The notes beneath the pieces are model-generated. The model worked only from the letters and a program-made list of their open reading frames with translations, searched no databases and was not told where the DNA came from. The translations under genes were made by a program, and so were the position numbers. From Bacteroidota bacterium (GTDB taxonomy: Bacteria > Bacteroidota > Ignavibacteria > UBA10030 > UBA6906), in NCBI GenBank assembly GCA_031402435.1, contig JANNSJ010000058.1, forward strand, positions 150,213 to 214,212: 64,000 nucleotides of DNA, in the 5' to 3' direction. Positions 48,033 to 58,061 of the stretch are shown piece by piece; the first letter of the stretch is position 1, and each line of letters begins with the position of its first letter.

Positions 48033-49382
48033 GTGAGCTTATCCGACCGCATTCACGAAATCCGAACCGGGTTTCACAAAACGTTTTGGGTTGCGAATAC
48101 GCTGGAGTTGTTCGAACGCCTGGCGTTCTACGGCTCGAAAGCTGTGCTAACGGTATATCTTGCCACAAAGGTGGGGCTCGGCGACGATGCCGGAACCCTT
48201 GCCGGTTTTTTCAATCTTGTGCTTTATTTTATGCCGGTGTTGGGGGGCGTATTTGTTGATCGTTACGGCTTTAAACGCACATTGATTGTATGCTTCGCGT
48301 TTTTTACGGTTGGATATTTCCTGATCGGTTTAGCCGGATTGGAATTTGGGCAACATATCGTCGGAACGATCGGAACAAAACCCTATATCATCGGCGTGCT
48401 GCTTCTTACGGCAATCGGCGGTTCACTCATCAAACCCTGCATCGTGGGCACGGTTGAAAAAACCTCGACACCGCAGCTCAAGTCGCTTGGCTTTTCCATC
48501 TACTATACTCTCGTGAATCTTGGAGGGGCGATTGGTCCGATTCTGGCACTCCAGGTGCGCAAGAATATCGGTATAGAATACGTGCTCGTCATGTCGTCAA
48601 TCACTTCACTGCTTCTGTTGCTGGGAACGTTGTTCTTTTTCAGGGAACCGGAAAGCCACGACGGAACAACAACGCCACAGTTGTCGTTCGGTAAAGTGTT
48701 CAACAACATGCTGCTCGTGTTTACCAATTCCCGGTTCATGATTTTTCTTCTCATCTTCTCCGGCTTCTGGGCGATGTTCTGGCAGATATTCTATCTTTTC
48801 CCATTTTACATTCAGAATGTTCTCATGTTCCCGGATTTTGAAATTCTTGAGACAGTTGATGCATGGACGATCATTCTCGTCAGTGTCCCGATTGCGGCAA
48901 TGGCAAAGAAACTCAGTCCCATTATTGCCATGACATTGGGCTTTGTTATTGCAAGTTGTTCGTGGTTGATCATCGCGTATATGCCAAATGATTTCTTCCT
49001 TGTGCCCATTGTGGCTGACGTGCTGAATTTCATTCTGCAGATCTTCAGCAGTGAGTCGGTATTCGGCCCAGCTGCCACAGTTGCCGCCATTGCGATGATC
49101 TGCTTTGCGGTCGGTGAGGCAACCCAGGCGCCGCGATATTATGAATACGTCGGGGCGCTCGCGCCGAAGGAGCAGGTTGGGACATTCATGGGCTTTGCAT
49201 TCCTGCCGGTCGCAATCGGTTCGTTTGCCGCGGGTGTGCTGTCCGATTTCCTGCGACACAACTATCTGGAAGCGACGATGAACCCGCAGATGATGTGGAT
49301 TATTCTCGCCGGCATTGGCTTCGGCTCGACGGCATTGATGTTGGTATATAACTTCACTCTTGCAAAGAAACGTTCTGTGTAA
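48033..49382 (+). CDS. MFS transporter, POT/PTR (proton-dependent oligopeptide) family
   Basis: N-terminal ELFERLAFYG (ExxERFxYYG-like); GGSLIKP; FSIYYTLVNLGG; multiple TM helices. Confidence 0.88.
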   Translation: MSLSDRIHEIRTGFHKTFWVANTLELFERLAFYGSKAVLTVYLATKVGLGDDAGTLAGFFNLVLYFMPVLGGVFVDRYGFKRTLIVCFAFFTVGYFLIGLAGLEFGQHIVGTIGTKPYIIGVLLLTAIGGSLIKPCIVGTVEKTSTPQLKSLGFSIYYTLVNLGGAIGPILALQVRKNIGIEYVLVMSSITSLLLLLGTLFFFREPESHDGTTTPQLSFGKVFNNMLLVFTNSRFMIFLLIFSGFWAMFWQIFYLFPFYIQNVLMFPDFEILETVDAWTIILVSVPIAAMAKKLSPIIAMTLGFVIASCSWLIIAYMPNDFFLVPIVADVLNFILQIFSSESVFGPAATVAAIAMICFAVGEATQAPRYYEYVGALAPKEQVGTFMGFAFLPVAIGSFAAGVLSDFLRHNYLEATMNPQMMWIILAGIGFGSTALMLVYNFTLAKKRSV

Positions 49383-49428
49383 ACGAAATCAGTATTCAAG
49401 CCTCATTCGTCAAACAGGAAAGATTGCC

Positions 49429-51726
49429 ATGGGACGTCTTCGCGTAGTCGTGTTCATTCTCCTTTGTGCTTCATCGGCAACCTCACAAGTATCGCGGGTG
49501 GATTTCCGTTTTGATTTCATCAAACATCAGGCGGAGGCACTGGACAAATTCGCCGAACCGATCCTTGCAACAATCCGCTTCACAGAACGACCCGATGAAA
49601 CCCTGCTTGACAGACTTGAGCAATTGGGGTTACGCTTCCAGTACTTCAACGGCGTCCGGCTGGCTAGCGAAACGGTGTTCCCCGTTCAAATGACATTAGA
49701 CATGCTCCCTGCACTCGAACAAATCAGCGAGATTGCCGCGGTTCAGCCATCATGGCGACCTGTGCGTGTGCCGCCGCTTGATGTGAGCAGACAACAGGTT
49801 CAGGCAGACACAGCGTGGCAACGTAACGACCAGCGTGGACAAAGGGTTACAGGCAAGGGTATCATTATCGCCGACTTCGATACCGGCGTTGATTTCTTCA
49901 ACCCGATGCTCTGGTTCGCTGATGGCGATACGTTGAATTGGATTGATGTGAATACCAATACAGTGTTCGACCCCGGAATTGATGCAGTGGACAAGAACAA
50001 TAATGCCACCGCCGACGCTGGAGAGATACTGCGCTACAGGGAGATTTCATACTCAGCCAACATTGCCGGTGTGTACGACGTGAACCTTGACTTTCTCTAT
50101 AATGACGTGAATAATAACGGTGCGAGAAATCAAGGTACCGCTGGGGGATTCTCCGAGACGTCGCCGACCTACGGTGAGCAATGGTTTATTACGCTCGATG
50201 CTAACACCAACAACAGGCTGGATGTCGGTGAGCGACTTGTCGGATTAAAGACGTCAAAGATCCGTGCAATACGTGAAGCGAATGGAACAATCAGGCGAAG
50301 GGGAGTGGATCTGATCAGCGCCACGCCGGATAATCCGGGCTATGGTGGCCATGGAACATCCGTCTCGGGAATCGCCATTGGCGGTGTTCCTGGTGTACAC
50401 CGGCTGGCAGGGATTGCTCCTGGAGCCGAGATGATGTTCGGGACCGTCAATTATCTTTCATCACCAAGATTCTTCACCGAACTTCCGGTGCTTATGACAT
50501 GGGCACAGGCGGAAGGCGCGGACATCATGCTTGTGGAAGATGGCGAGTGGGTCTGGGAGTATCTTGATGGCTCTTCCAACGAAGAGATTATGATCAACCA
50601 ATTCGCAGCAGCAGGTATTACGCAAGTGATGCCTGCGGGGAATCTCACCGGCGGTGCAATGCAGAAGACAATGATGGTGAACGCGAATGATTCGACCACC
50701 GCAACGTTTACAGGCGGCTCATCGACGAGTGTGTGGCCCTCAGTGCGTTGGATGGGCGGTGTCAATGATGTTGTGGCGAAGCTTCAAGTGGGTGCCAGCA
50801 GCTTTGTCACATTGCCGGGCGACGGTTCGACCATTACCATAGGAACCAAATCAGTCTATTCCAACAAGAGCGTTTCATCCCGCGGCACCGTGATGATGAT
50901 AGTCTCCATTGCCTCCAGCGGCTCAACAACGTACAACCTTCGCGTTGCCAACACGACAGCTTCCCAGATCCGCATCGAGGGGATGCTGGGTGACGACGGG
51001 TTCTCCTGGAGCGGACTGGCTCGCTGGAGCGCTCCGACGGAGAATAACACTGCAACCTGGCCATCGACCGCCGACAGTGCAATCGGAGTTGCGGCGTATA
51101 AAAGCAAATCCAACAATACTGATATCAACACATTCAGCGGAAGGGGATCGAGAATTGACGGTGCCCGCACAGTTGATGTGGCGGCGCCGGGAAGCACGGT
51201 ATATTCCATTGGCTTGAATACGACGTACGTGGGCTTCGGCGGAACAAGCTCTGCCGGTCCGCATGTAGCCGGTGCGGCGGCACTCATCCTCCAATCGGAC
51301 ACAACGCTGCGGCACAGGGACGTCAGGCGTCTACTGCGAGCAGGCGCAATCACAGATCAATACACGGGCATCGTCCCGAACACAACATGGGGATACGGCA
51401 AGTTGCGGATCAACAACTCGCTCGGGTTTGCCACTGCGATTACCGAAGAGCCCGCCATTCCTTCGTTCATTGCGCTTGCACAAAACTATCCAAACCCATT
51501 CAACCCATCGACCACGATTCAGTTTGAATTGCCAGCACCCGGCTATGTGAAACTCAGCGTCTTTGATATGCTCGGCCGGGAAGTGCGGACTCTCATTGAT
51601 GAGTATCGCTCCACAGGGCAACAGATTGTGCGTTTTGACGCGACGAATCTTGCCAGTGGAGTATACTACTATACGCTCAAACGTGAGGGATCTGCTCTCA
51701 CGAAACGTATGATTCTTTTGAGGTAG
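49429..51726 (+). CDS. S8 (subtilisin-like) serine peptidase with T9SS CTD
   Basis: Triad motifs IADFDTG, GHGTSVSG, GGTSSAGPHVAG; QNYPNPFNPSTTIQF tail. Confidence 0.9.
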   Translation: MGRLRVVVFILLCASSATSQVSRVDFRFDFIKHQAEALDKFAEPILATIRFTERPDETLLDRLEQLGLRFQYFNGVRLASETVFPVQMTLDMLPALEQISEIAAVQPSWRPVRVPPLDVSRQQVQADTAWQRNDQRGQRVTGKGIIIADFDTGVDFFNPMLWFADGDTLNWIDVNTNTVFDPGIDAVDKNNNATADAGEILRYREISYSANIAGVYDVNLDFLYNDVNNNGARNQGTAGGFSETSPTYGEQWFITLDANTNNRLDVGERLVGLKTSKIRAIREANGTIRRRGVDLISATPDNPGYGGHGTSVSGIAIGGVPGVHRLAGIAPGAEMMFGTVNYLSSPRFFTELPVLMTWAQAEGADIMLVEDGEWVWEYLDGSSNEEIMINQFAAAGITQVMPAGNLTGGAMQKTMMVNANDSTTATFTGGSSTSVWPSVRWMGGVNDVVAKLQVGASSFVTLPGDGSTITIGTKSVYSNKSVSSRGTVMMIVSIASSGSTTYNLRVANTTASQIRIEGMLGDDGFSWSGLARWSAPTENNTATWPSTADSAIGVAAYKSKSNNTDINTFSGRGSRIDGARTVDVAAPGSTVYSIGLNTTYVGFGGTSSAGPHVAGAAALILQSDTTLRHRDVRRLLRAGAITDQYTGIVPNTTWGYGKLRINNSLGFATAITEEPAIPSFIALAQNYPNPFNPSTTIQFELPAPGYVKLSVFDMLGREVRTLIDEYRSTGQQIVRFDATNLASGVYYYTLKREGSALTKRMILLR

Positions 51727-51756
51727 GATCCGTGTAAGAGAGATGATCCAATCCAG

Positions 51757-51828
51757 TTGAACTCCGTCGGGTGACGGCAGTTCAATATCAGGACCAGCGG
51801 CACACATGGCAGTGTGCCGTTACTCTTT
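51757..51828 (+). terminator. Two tandem hairpins after the S8 gene
   Basis: TTGAACTCCGTC-GGGT-GACGGCAGTTCAA (one bulge), then CGGCACAC-N6-GTGTGCCG followed by TTACTCTTT. Confidence 0.5.
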
Positions 51829-51909
51829 CAACTGTTTTGTCGAACTTTCCTGACAAACCACCCGCCATTGAAATGTCAACCAGATGATTTGTAAACTCAA
51901 GTATCTTCG

Positions 51910-54834
51910 ATGCTCATGAGTTCATCCATAAGGCTTCTTCGTTTTGTCGCTCTGCTTTTCCTTGTCCGGGCAATATGTTCGCATGAGTGTTTTCCTCAAA
52001 CCTATCCAACAAAACTCTACACAACCGCCGACGGTCTCCCACAGTCATCCATCACTTGTATTTTTCAAGATGGACGAAGAAATATCTGGTTTGGATCATG
52101 GGGAGGCGTGGCACGGTATGATGCCAAGAAATTCTGGAGCCATCAGAACAGTTCAATGCACGTCCAGAGTCTTTGCGAAGACAGCACCGGGACGATCTGG
52201 ATCGGAACGTACGGTCTCGGAATTGCGCGGGTTGGACGAGGAGATACATCGTTTACGTGGTTGAACAAGTCTTCAGGGGAACTTCCTTCGGACAACGTCC
52301 TCTGCCTCTTACGGGATACACATAACAGACTCTGGATAGGCACTGACAAAGGTTTGACAGCTCTGTCTCCCGACGGACGTATGTTCCGCGCGACCGTTCA
52401 CAGTGGTCTTCCAAATGATCAAGTGAATACTCTGGCAGAGGGCAGGGACGGCACAATCTGGGTTGGAACCCTGAAAGGATTTGTGGGATGCAAGCTCGAC
52501 GATTCAATCTCAGTTGTCACAAGCGTGTTCGCATCGTACGCAGCTATTCTTTCCATGGCATCATTACGCAATGGCGATGTCCTTGCCGGTACGTATGCGC
52601 ATCAATGCGGCGTGTTGCGATGGCGGGAAGGCAGGTTGGATACACTGGTGTACACGAATGTTCCTCTCAAGGTCATGGGGATTCTTGAGGATAGCCGCGG
52701 TATGTTATGGCTTGGAACAAGCGTTGGACTGAAACAGGTAACCAATGGACATCTCCAATCAATTCCCCTTATGAACCTGCCAAGTTCATACATAGGTGCG
52801 CTTCTCGAAGATCACGAGGGATCGATCTGGTGTACATCAGAGAACGGGGCGATACAACTGCCGACATTGTTGTTCAAGAATTACACCATGAGCACCGGTC
52901 TTCCCGGCCCGCAGGTTATTTCACTTTACAAAGACGCCGAGCGAACTCTCTATCTTGGGACGTACAAAGGTGCGTGCATTCTTCCCGACTCCGGCGTGGC
53001 GAGGACGATAGATGTCTCCGATGGGCTGCCGCACAATTCTGTGTTTGCGTTTTGTGAAGTCTCTCACGGAGAAATCTGGATAGGGACAAACGATGGAGTG
53101 AGAATCCTGAGCCACGGAAAGCTTGCAAGAACCGGAATTGCAGAATTGGATAATTATCCTGTGTACCGAATCATCAAAACAAAGGATGGAAAAATATGGT
53201 GCAGCAGCCGCGGGAAGGTTCTCCTGATTTCGGGTCGCAGGATTGAGAAAACCCTTAGAGAGCAGGAAGGCATTCCCGATGTATCCATCACCGTTATGTA
53301 TCTTGATACGTCCAGCAGGCTGTGGCTTGGAACCGAAAACCATGGCGTTGGCCTGTACGATGGCATCCATAGTGTTACTTGGTGGACGGATCGTGATGGG
53401 CTTCCGAGTAAGTGGATTCATTCTATTGCAGAAGATGATCGGGGCACGCTCTGGGTTGCCACACGCGAGGGAGTGACACAGTGGAACGGACATACATTTG
53501 AAGCAATTCACACTCCGGAACCGACATTGAAGAATACTGCTGTTTCTGTTGTTATCCCCGGTGATTCCGGACGCGTCTGGTTTGGTACTCAGAATGGCAT
53601 CTATGAATGGAAGGACTCCATACGGCAACATCTCGCTTACGAGGATGGCCTTTCTGCAGACGGCGTACGATGCGGGATGTTCAGTCGCGAGGGAAACCTT
53701 TTGGTTGGAACAGTGGGTGGACTTTCACAGCTTGATTATTCAACCTACCGTCATATACTTCCTTTGCCGGTCGTTTACGTTGAAGGGATTAAAGTGGACG
53801 GTAACGATGGCGAGTATGCGTATGCCTCGAAACTCCGGTATGATGAGAACACGCTGACCATTGGTTTTAACTCGCGCAGTTTCAAGAATGAACGGCAGAT
53901 GAGTTTTCAGTGGATGCTTGCAGGGTTTGACAGGGGATGGCAGATACCCCAGTTTCAGCGGGAGGTACGCTACACGCATCTTCCGGCTGGAGAATACAGG
54001 TTCCTGGTGCGAGCAAAGAATCGCGGCGGACAATGGTCAGAGCCGGTGGCGCATGCGTTTGTCATCACCCCTCCGTTCTGGGAGAGATGGTGGTTTCGTA
54101 TCAGCGTCGCTCTCGCGATCATTGGATTTGCTGCATTGATCTATCGCCGACGTATAGGAGCCCTTGAAGCGGAGAAACGGACGCAGCAGGAATTCTCGTT
54201 GCGTCTCATGGAATCTCAGGAGAACGAGCGCAAGCGCATCGCAGGTGAGTTGCACGACAGTCTCGGCCAGAACCTCCTTGTCATCCGGAACAGGGCGCTG
54301 CTCGGATTGAAGGACGCTGACTTGAGCAAGCAAGCGCGGGACCAGCTTGATCAGATTTCTTCCGTTGCGACTCAAGCGATTGATGAAGTGCGCGAGATCT
54401 CCTACGATCTTCGTCCGTACCAGCTCGACCGACTCGGACTGACCAAGGCGATCCAGTCAATTACATCCGGCCTTGCTTCTTCCGTGCAATTCTCAATGGA
54501 TGTTGACTTCATTGACGACACGATTGAGAAGGATCAGGCCATTCATGTATATCGCATTGTGCAGGAGGCGATCAACAACATCCTGAAACACGCGGGAGCA
54601 ACTGAAGCAAGTGTCGTGATTCGCGCGGAAGGAAACAGCGTTCGCATGATCATCAGCGACAATGGAAAAGGCATGCCGGCAACATCGTCGGACTCGAATG
54701 GAAAGCTCGGGTTCGGACTTGTGGGTCTTGGCGAACGTGCCAAGGTACTATCCGGTGCGATGACGATTGATTCGACGCCTGGCAAAGGAACCACACTGAC
54801 GGTTATCATTCCGAGGATAAAGAAAACACCATGA
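51910..54834 (+). CDS. Sensor histidine kinase with two-component regulator propeller repeats, Y_Y_Y domain, HisKA_3, HATPase
   Basis: Repeated DGLP...D..G.IW.GT; YTHLPAGEYRFLVRA; TM; RIAGELHDSLGQ; YRIVQEAINNILKH; DNGKG; GFGLVG. Confidence 0.93.
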   Translation: MLMSSSIRLLRFVALLFLVRAICSHECFPQTYPTKLYTTADGLPQSSITCIFQDGRRNIWFGSWGGVARYDAKKFWSHQNSSMHVQSLCEDSTGTIWIGTYGLGIARVGRGDTSFTWLNKSSGELPSDNVLCLLRDTHNRLWIGTDKGLTALSPDGRMFRATVHSGLPNDQVNTLAEGRDGTIWVGTLKGFVGCKLDDSISVVTSVFASYAAILSMASLRNGDVLAGTYAHQCGVLRWREGRLDTLVYTNVPLKVMGILEDSRGMLWLGTSVGLKQVTNGHLQSIPLMNLPSSYIGALLEDHEGSIWCTSENGAIQLPTLLFKNYTMSTGLPGPQVISLYKDAERTLYLGTYKGACILPDSGVARTIDVSDGLPHNSVFAFCEVSHGEIWIGTNDGVRILSHGKLARTGIAELDNYPVYRIIKTKDGKIWCSSRGKVLLISGRRIEKTLREQEGIPDVSITVMYLDTSSRLWLGTENHGVGLYDGIHSVTWWTDRDGLPSKWIHSIAEDDRGTLWVATREGVTQWNGHTFEAIHTPEPTLKNTAVSVVIPGDSGRVWFGTQNGIYEWKDSIRQHLAYEDGLSADGVRCGMFSREGNLLVGTVGGLSQLDYSTYRHILPLPVVYVEGIKVDGNDGEYAYASKLRYDENTLTIGFNSRSFKNERQMSFQWMLAGFDRGWQIPQFQREVRYTHLPAGEYRFLVRAKNRGGQWSEPVAHAFVITPPFWERWWFRISVALAIIGFAALIYRRRIGALEAEKRTQQEFSLRLMESQENERKRIAGELHDSLGQNLLVIRNRALLGLKDADLSKQARDQLDQISSVATQAIDEVREISYDLRPYQLDRLGLTKAIQSITSGLASSVQFSMDVDFIDDTIEKDQAIHVYRIVQEAINNILKHAGATEASVVIRAEGNSVRMIISDNGKGMPATSSDSNGKLGFGLVGLGERAKVLSGAMTIDSTPGKGTTLTVIIPRIKKTP

Positions 54835-55487
54835 ACGAGATCAGGCTTATCATCGCTGATGACCACCCGCTGTTCAGGAAGGGGCTGCATGAAATCATCC
54901 AATCGGATGGAACGTTGCAGATCGTTGGTGAATGTGGCGACGGGGAAACATCTCTTGCGCTGATTCAGCAACATGCGCCTGCTTTGGCGATTCTCGATAT
55001 TGACATGCCAAAGATGGGCGGACTTGCTGTTGCGCGTGAGATGCGGAAGCAGAACCTTGAAACCGACGTGATCTTCCTGACGATGTACAAAGAAGAAGAC
55101 CTGTTCACCGAGGCGATGGATGTTGGGGCGCGTGGGTACGTTCTCAAGGACAGTGCTGTGAACGACATCCTTAACGCTATCCACACCGTTGCCGATGGGA
55201 AATACTACATCAGTCCCGCGCTCTCTGACCACCTGATCAAGCGAAGCGCACGAGCGGAGAAGCTGCTGCGCCATACGCCTTCACTCGAAGACCTAACACC
55301 CGCCGAATTGCGCATCCTCAAGCTCATTGCCGAAAACAAGACAAGCAAGGATATTGCCGAGGTTCTCTCGATCAGTCCAAAGACCGTGGAGAACCACCGC
55401 ACCAACATTGCAGCAAAACTCCACCTGCGCGGAAGCCATAGTCTGTTGAAGTATGCGCTTGAAAACAAAGTGGCGTTGACAAAGTAA
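54831..55487 (+). CDS. NarL/LuxR-family response regulator
   Basis: IADDHPLFRKG, ILDIDMP, LTPAELRIL...ISPKTVENHRTNI; 4-bp overlap with the kinase. Confidence 0.95.
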   Translation: MNEIRLIIADDHPLFRKGLHEIIQSDGTLQIVGECGDGETSLALIQQHAPALAILDIDMPKMGGLAVAREMRKQNLETDVIFLTMYKEEDLFTEAMDVGARGYVLKDSAVNDILNAIHTVADGKYYISPALSDHLIKRSARAEKLLRHTPSLEDLTPAELRILKLIAENKTSKDIAEVLSISPKTVENHRTNIAAKLHLRGSHSLLKYALENKVALTK

Positions 55488-55518
55488 TCGTTCGCGCATA
55501 GGTGTTTCCCCCCACCCT

Positions 55519-55537
55519 TTTTGAGGGTGTCCGCCTC
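55519..55537. promoter_or_regulatory. Candidate operator copy 1 (TTTGAGG-N3-TCCGCCTC)
   Basis: Contains the inverted repeat GAGG-N7-CCTC; a near-identical copy lies at 59351..59369. Confidence 0.35.
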
Positions 55538-55590
55538 TTCTTGTTCTTCCTTCCTCGATGTACCTTCCTCAAGCCGATTCCAGCCCACTC

Positions 55591-55956
55591 ATGTGTATGC
55601 TCATCCAGATCGTTGACGACAGTCCCAACATGCGCGAGACTATCAAGTCTGTACTCAGCGGGCTGCACGCGGAGTTCATCGAGTCAAGCGATGGAGATGA
55701 AGCCGTGGAGCAACACGCCAGATGCAAGCCCGATCTCGTCATCATGGATATCCGCATGCAACAGATGGATGGTATTGCGGCAACACGTGCCATTCACAGG
55801 AAGTCACCCGGTGCGCGGATAGTGATCATAACCCAGTACGACGACAATGACTTGCGCAGCGCGGCACATGATGCAGGCGCGATGGGATATATTCTCAAGG
55901 ATGATCTCTCTCAACTTCTCGATATCATCCACCAGTCTCCGGATGGTTATGCATGA
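55591..55956 (+). CDS. Stand-alone receiver (CheY-like) protein
   Basis: IVDDSPNMR, VIMDIRM, IVIITQY, YILKDD; no output domain. Confidence 0.85.
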   Translation: MCMLIQIVDDSPNMRETIKSVLSGLHAEFIESSDGDEAVEQHARCKPDLVIMDIRMQQMDGIAATRAIHRKSPGARIVIITQYDDNDLRSAAHDAGAMGYILKDDLSQLLDIIHQSPDGYA

Positions 55957-55995
55957 GGTGTGTGTGCCCAATGCAATCCTCGTGAATGCAGAGTG

Positions 55996-58053
55996 ATGAC
56001 ACGTCTGTTGATTCTTTTCATAGCCTTGTCCTTGATTGAGACAGGGCGTTCACAAACACAGGATCTTGTTGTAACGATGGAAAATAACGGTGATTGGATT
56101 TCAAGATTTGAACCTCTGGCATTCGCATTGAGCAGACCGATTGCAAGCAACGAGCAAGTCACGCTCATCATTGGAACAACGGACGTGACAAACCTTTGCA
56201 TCATCAACAACGACACCATGAGTTATACTCCGCAGACGCTTCCCCTTCCGTCCGGTTCAATCAATGTCTCGGTGTTTCTTGTAACTCCCGATGGAATGTG
56301 GACGTCCGTTGGGAGCTTCACGCTGAATGTTCGAACCACCACAGGGCTTGAGAAATCGTTCGTAACGCCATCGGTCACAGTGTCCAACAAGGGGCAGCTT
56401 GCTGAAGGCCACTTCCCCGATGCGAACGCGCCGGTACGAAGAAGGTTTCAGGAACTCAACGGACAGATGGCATTGAAAGTTGATGTTGAGCGAAGCGGGG
56501 TTGCCCTGGGTGTTGGATTCAACATCGTCGGCGCATCGTTGAAAGAAGAGGCTCTGCGCTTTGGCGAGAAAGGCGAGAACGCATCGAAGATCGACCTCGC
56601 CAGTTACGTCGTCGAGACGCGTACTGGAAGAACCATACTCTCCGCGGGGCATATCAGCCATGGGCGGCACCGGCATCTTCTGAGCGGCTTTTCGAGTCGT
56701 GGAATTTCAGCAGCTACTGCAATCGGGGCGTTCGCCGATCTGTCAGGAGCAGTTCTGAATGGCACGAACATCGTTGGATGGGATAATGTTTTCGGACTTC
56801 ACAATCCAAAGCACAGGATATACAGTGGAACACTTGGACTCGAAGCGTTGCCGGAAAACCCCGGGACAATACGCGTCGAAGGATCGTACGCGTCCGCGTC
56901 CCAACTGCCATTGGGTGGTTTCAATCAGGGGCAAATCAATGACGCTGAAAAAAGCAATGGCGGCAGTATCAGGATGCTTCTCTCCGACCCTGGGAGAAAC
57001 GTAACGGTTGATGCCGGGTTTGCCAGGACGCGATTCACAAACCCGGCGGATCCTTTGCTCTCTCAGGGTGGCGAGATCGTTCCCGTTCAACCCACGACAC
57101 GTCAGGCCAGATATGCCGATGTTTCCTGGGACGTGTTCCGGAATGCGACGTTTCTCGACATTCTTCAGGCAAGGTTGAATGTGGCTTTTCGTCACGAACG
57201 AGTTGATCCTCTCTATCGGGCTGTTGGCGTAGGCACAAGAGCGGACAATCTTCAAAACACGTACGAACTTCACGGCGGAGTAGGGCCGGTTCAATTGGAC
57301 CTGACACATCTACGGTCGGAAGATAATCTCGCGGATGTCCCGTCTGTTCTTAAATCTAAAACGCGTCAGACGGGAGGAAACGTTGTTCTTTCTCCTTCCT
57401 CTGTACCGGATATGCTACCAGCGTGGCTGCCGACATTTTCGTATGGCTTGAATAGTACTCACCAGTTTGGTGTGAGCCTGCCCAGCAACAGCGACATTAC
57501 GCCTGAAAGGGTACCTGACCAGGTGACCACTTCACACACCGCAGGAATCGAATGGCAGGGAAGCAGCATAAGGGCAAGCTATCGCGGAGCATTCACCAGA
57601 CAGGATAACCGACAGATTGGAAGAGAGAATGCGGATGCCGTCAACCGCGCGAACGGACTGAATATTTCGCTCTCTCCAGTCACACAGATCTCGGTCAATC
57701 TCGAAGGGCTGCTTGAATCAAGCGAGAGTACCGAGTCGGGTTCCATCATTCGCACCAGGCGGACGGGGGCGGGCGTCCTCGCACAGCCGTTTGCGGGTTC
57801 GAGCGTTTCACTCAACGCGTCGCTTTCAACTTCAAAACCCGATGATGGCTCAAGCAACCAACAACAGGCGTCATTCTCTCTTGAAACATCGTATGCCTTC
57901 GATCTTTCATCTGCATTTGTATTCAAGTGGCGTGGCCAGGCATTTGTCCGGTATTCATGGAATGAGTTCAAGTCACGGGACGAGGTTTTCAACATCGACA
58001 CCAGGACACGGGTGTGGGTAGTGAACACCGGCATTTCATGTACTCTTTTCTGA
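55996..58053 (+). CDS. Putative outer-membrane beta-barrel protein with N-terminal Ig-like domain, unknown family
   Basis: Signal peptide; ~90-aa beta-sandwich; long run of amphipathic strands; terminal Phe (GISCTLF). Confidence 0.7.
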   Translation: MTRLLILFIALSLIETGRSQTQDLVVTMENNGDWISRFEPLAFALSRPIASNEQVTLIIGTTDVTNLCIINNDTMSYTPQTLPLPSGSINVSVFLVTPDGMWTSVGSFTLNVRTTTGLEKSFVTPSVTVSNKGQLAEGHFPDANAPVRRRFQELNGQMALKVDVERSGVALGVGFNIVGASLKEEALRFGEKGENASKIDLASYVVETRTGRTILSAGHISHGRHRHLLSGFSSRGISAATAIGAFADLSGAVLNGTNIVGWDNVFGLHNPKHRIYSGTLGLEALPENPGTIRVEGSYASASQLPLGGFNQGQINDAEKSNGGSIRMLLSDPGRNVTVDAGFARTRFTNPADPLLSQGGEIVPVQPTTRQARYADVSWDVFRNATFLDILQARLNVAFRHERVDPLYRAVGVGTRADNLQNTYELHGGVGPVQLDLTHLRSEDNLADVPSVLKSKTRQTGGNVVLSPSSVPDMLPAWLPTFSYGLNSTHQFGVSLPSNSDITPERVPDQVTTSHTAGIEWQGSSIRASYRGAFTRQDNRQIGRENADAVNRANGLNISLSPVTQISVNLEGLLESSESTESGSIIRTRRTGAGVLAQPFAGSSVSLNASLSTSKPDDGSSNQQQASFSLETSYAFDLSSAFVFKWRGQAFVRYSWNEFKSRDEVFNIDTRTRVWVVNTGISCTLF

Positions 58054-58061
58054 GATCAATT

